A DNA stretch of 64,000 nt from Octopus vulgaris (lineage: Eukaryota): positions 69,626,001 through 69,690,000 of the forward strand of contig OX597822.1 of assembly GCA_951406725.2 (NCBI GenBank), written 5' to 3'. The notes under the pieces are model-generated. The model did not search any database. It had not been told where the DNA came from and saw only the letters and a program-made list of their open reading frames with translations. Both the position numbers and the translations under genes were made by a program. Shown here one piece after another: positions 62,723 to 64,000 of this stretch. Numbering within the stretch: position 1 is the first letter of the stretch; each line of letters begins with the position of its first letter.

Positions 62723-63603
62723 TAAGTAGCAACAATGGTGATAGTGGTGTTGGTGTTGGTAATGGTGGTAGCAATAGTAATGATAGTGGAGGTGGTAGTA
62801 ATGATGGTGGTGTTGGTGGTGATGGTGACGATAGTGATAGTGGTGGTAGATGTAATGGGGCGGTGTTATTGGCAGCATTAGTTTCAGCATTGGCAACATC
62901 CTGGTTTCACCTGATCCTCCTGCACCTTAAATATTATCACCCCAGGTGTTTAAAACACCTGAAGATTCATTACACAAGGCTACCCCACCTGAAGAATTGA
63001 CTGGTGTGACTATTCTTCAGGTAACCCTCTCCAAATATCCTACCTATTTTATGTTAAAACTAGTTATGTTGAGCCTCTCACACCTATGTTCCAATAACAA
63101 TCGAAAATAAACAATCACATCATTGAAATCTCAACACTATGAGATAATACAGGATTTATTCAAAGGCAACGTGAATAAATACGCATTAGATTTGATGGAG
63201 TAATCTGAATGCTAAAGGATTAGAGAGCAGTTTCATGTAGTAAGTGATGGTTCATAGTTAACATATTGGAAGAGCTGTGTATGTTAGGGGTCTGATGTTA
63301 GGAGTCTGTCATGAACCCTAGGATTCATAAGGTTGGAGACTAACTTGGTTTCTATGGCGTATAAATGACTGAGATTACAACACTCCCCCTGGATGGAAAG
63401 CCTGTCCACTACAGGGTTAACTTCCAAGCCACCGCTGAGACTTATTTACAGCTGAGTGGACTGGAGCAATGTGAAATGAAGTGTTTCGCACAAGAACACA
63501 ATGCAACAATGCACTGGTCCAGGAATCAAAATGGTTATCTTATGGTCCTGAGTGCAACACCCCCAACTACTAGGCCATGTGCCTTCACCATTTGTATATA
63601 TAG

Positions 63604-63813
63604 TTGTGGCCGTCACCGGTGTCATGTAAATGGCACCCATGCCAGTGGCACATGAAAACACCCATCACACTCTTGGAGTGGTTGGCGTTAGGAAGAGCCT
63701 CCAGCTGTAGAAACCATACCAAATCAGACAGGAACCTGGTGCAGCTCTCCAGTTTACTAGTTCCAGTCAAATCAACTAACCCACGCCAGATGGAAAGCAG
63801 ATACTAAATGATG

Positions 63814-63883
<70 letters not shown>

Positions 63884-64000
63884 GATCATCATCATCATCA
63901 TCATCATCGTTTAACGTCCGTTCTCCATGCTAGCATGGGTTGGACGGTTCAACCGGGGATCTGGGAAGCCAGAAGGCTGCACCAGGCTCCAGTCTTATCT
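63604..64000. mobile_element. Two RTE 3' ends tail-to-tail (63604-63815 on +, 63886-64000 on -) around a (TA)n(GA)n tract
   Basis: Both match the 28500-28670 terminus, in opposite orientations. Confidence 0.8.

Overview
AT-rich, microsatellite- and retroposon-dense animal genomic DNA. The SINE/LINE repertoire and intron style suggest an octopus or other coleoid cephalopod (inference). One multi-exon protein-coding gene can be rebuilt on the + strand from 12 phase-consistent GT-AG exons between 4956 and 33196 (2805 nt, 934 aa plus an unlocated start exon). It encodes an N-terminal bacterial-dynamin/mitofusin-type GTPase (GETGSGKS, CTA, DTPG, NKWE), a long helical stalk and a C-terminal protein kinase (GTGSFA, AVK, HRDLKMEN, DVG, APE), i.e. 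a DSTYK-like architecture with an apparently intact GTPase. The rest is mobile DNA: a full-length but disabled Tx1/L1-type LINE and a truncated relative sitting head-to-tail in (GATA)n arrays, a young RTE LINE with a PHD finger inside its RT plus many 3' fragments, R4/Dong-like fragments in (TAA)n, Penelope-type hammerhead ribozyme motifs, tRNA-derived SINEs, mariner/hAT/piggyBac MITEs and several long fold-back palindromes. A minus-strand poly(A) site near 51990 suggests a convergent neighbouring gene. Most short ORFs in the supplied track are microsatellite or SINE artefacts. Repeat boundaries are approximate unless a TSD is given.
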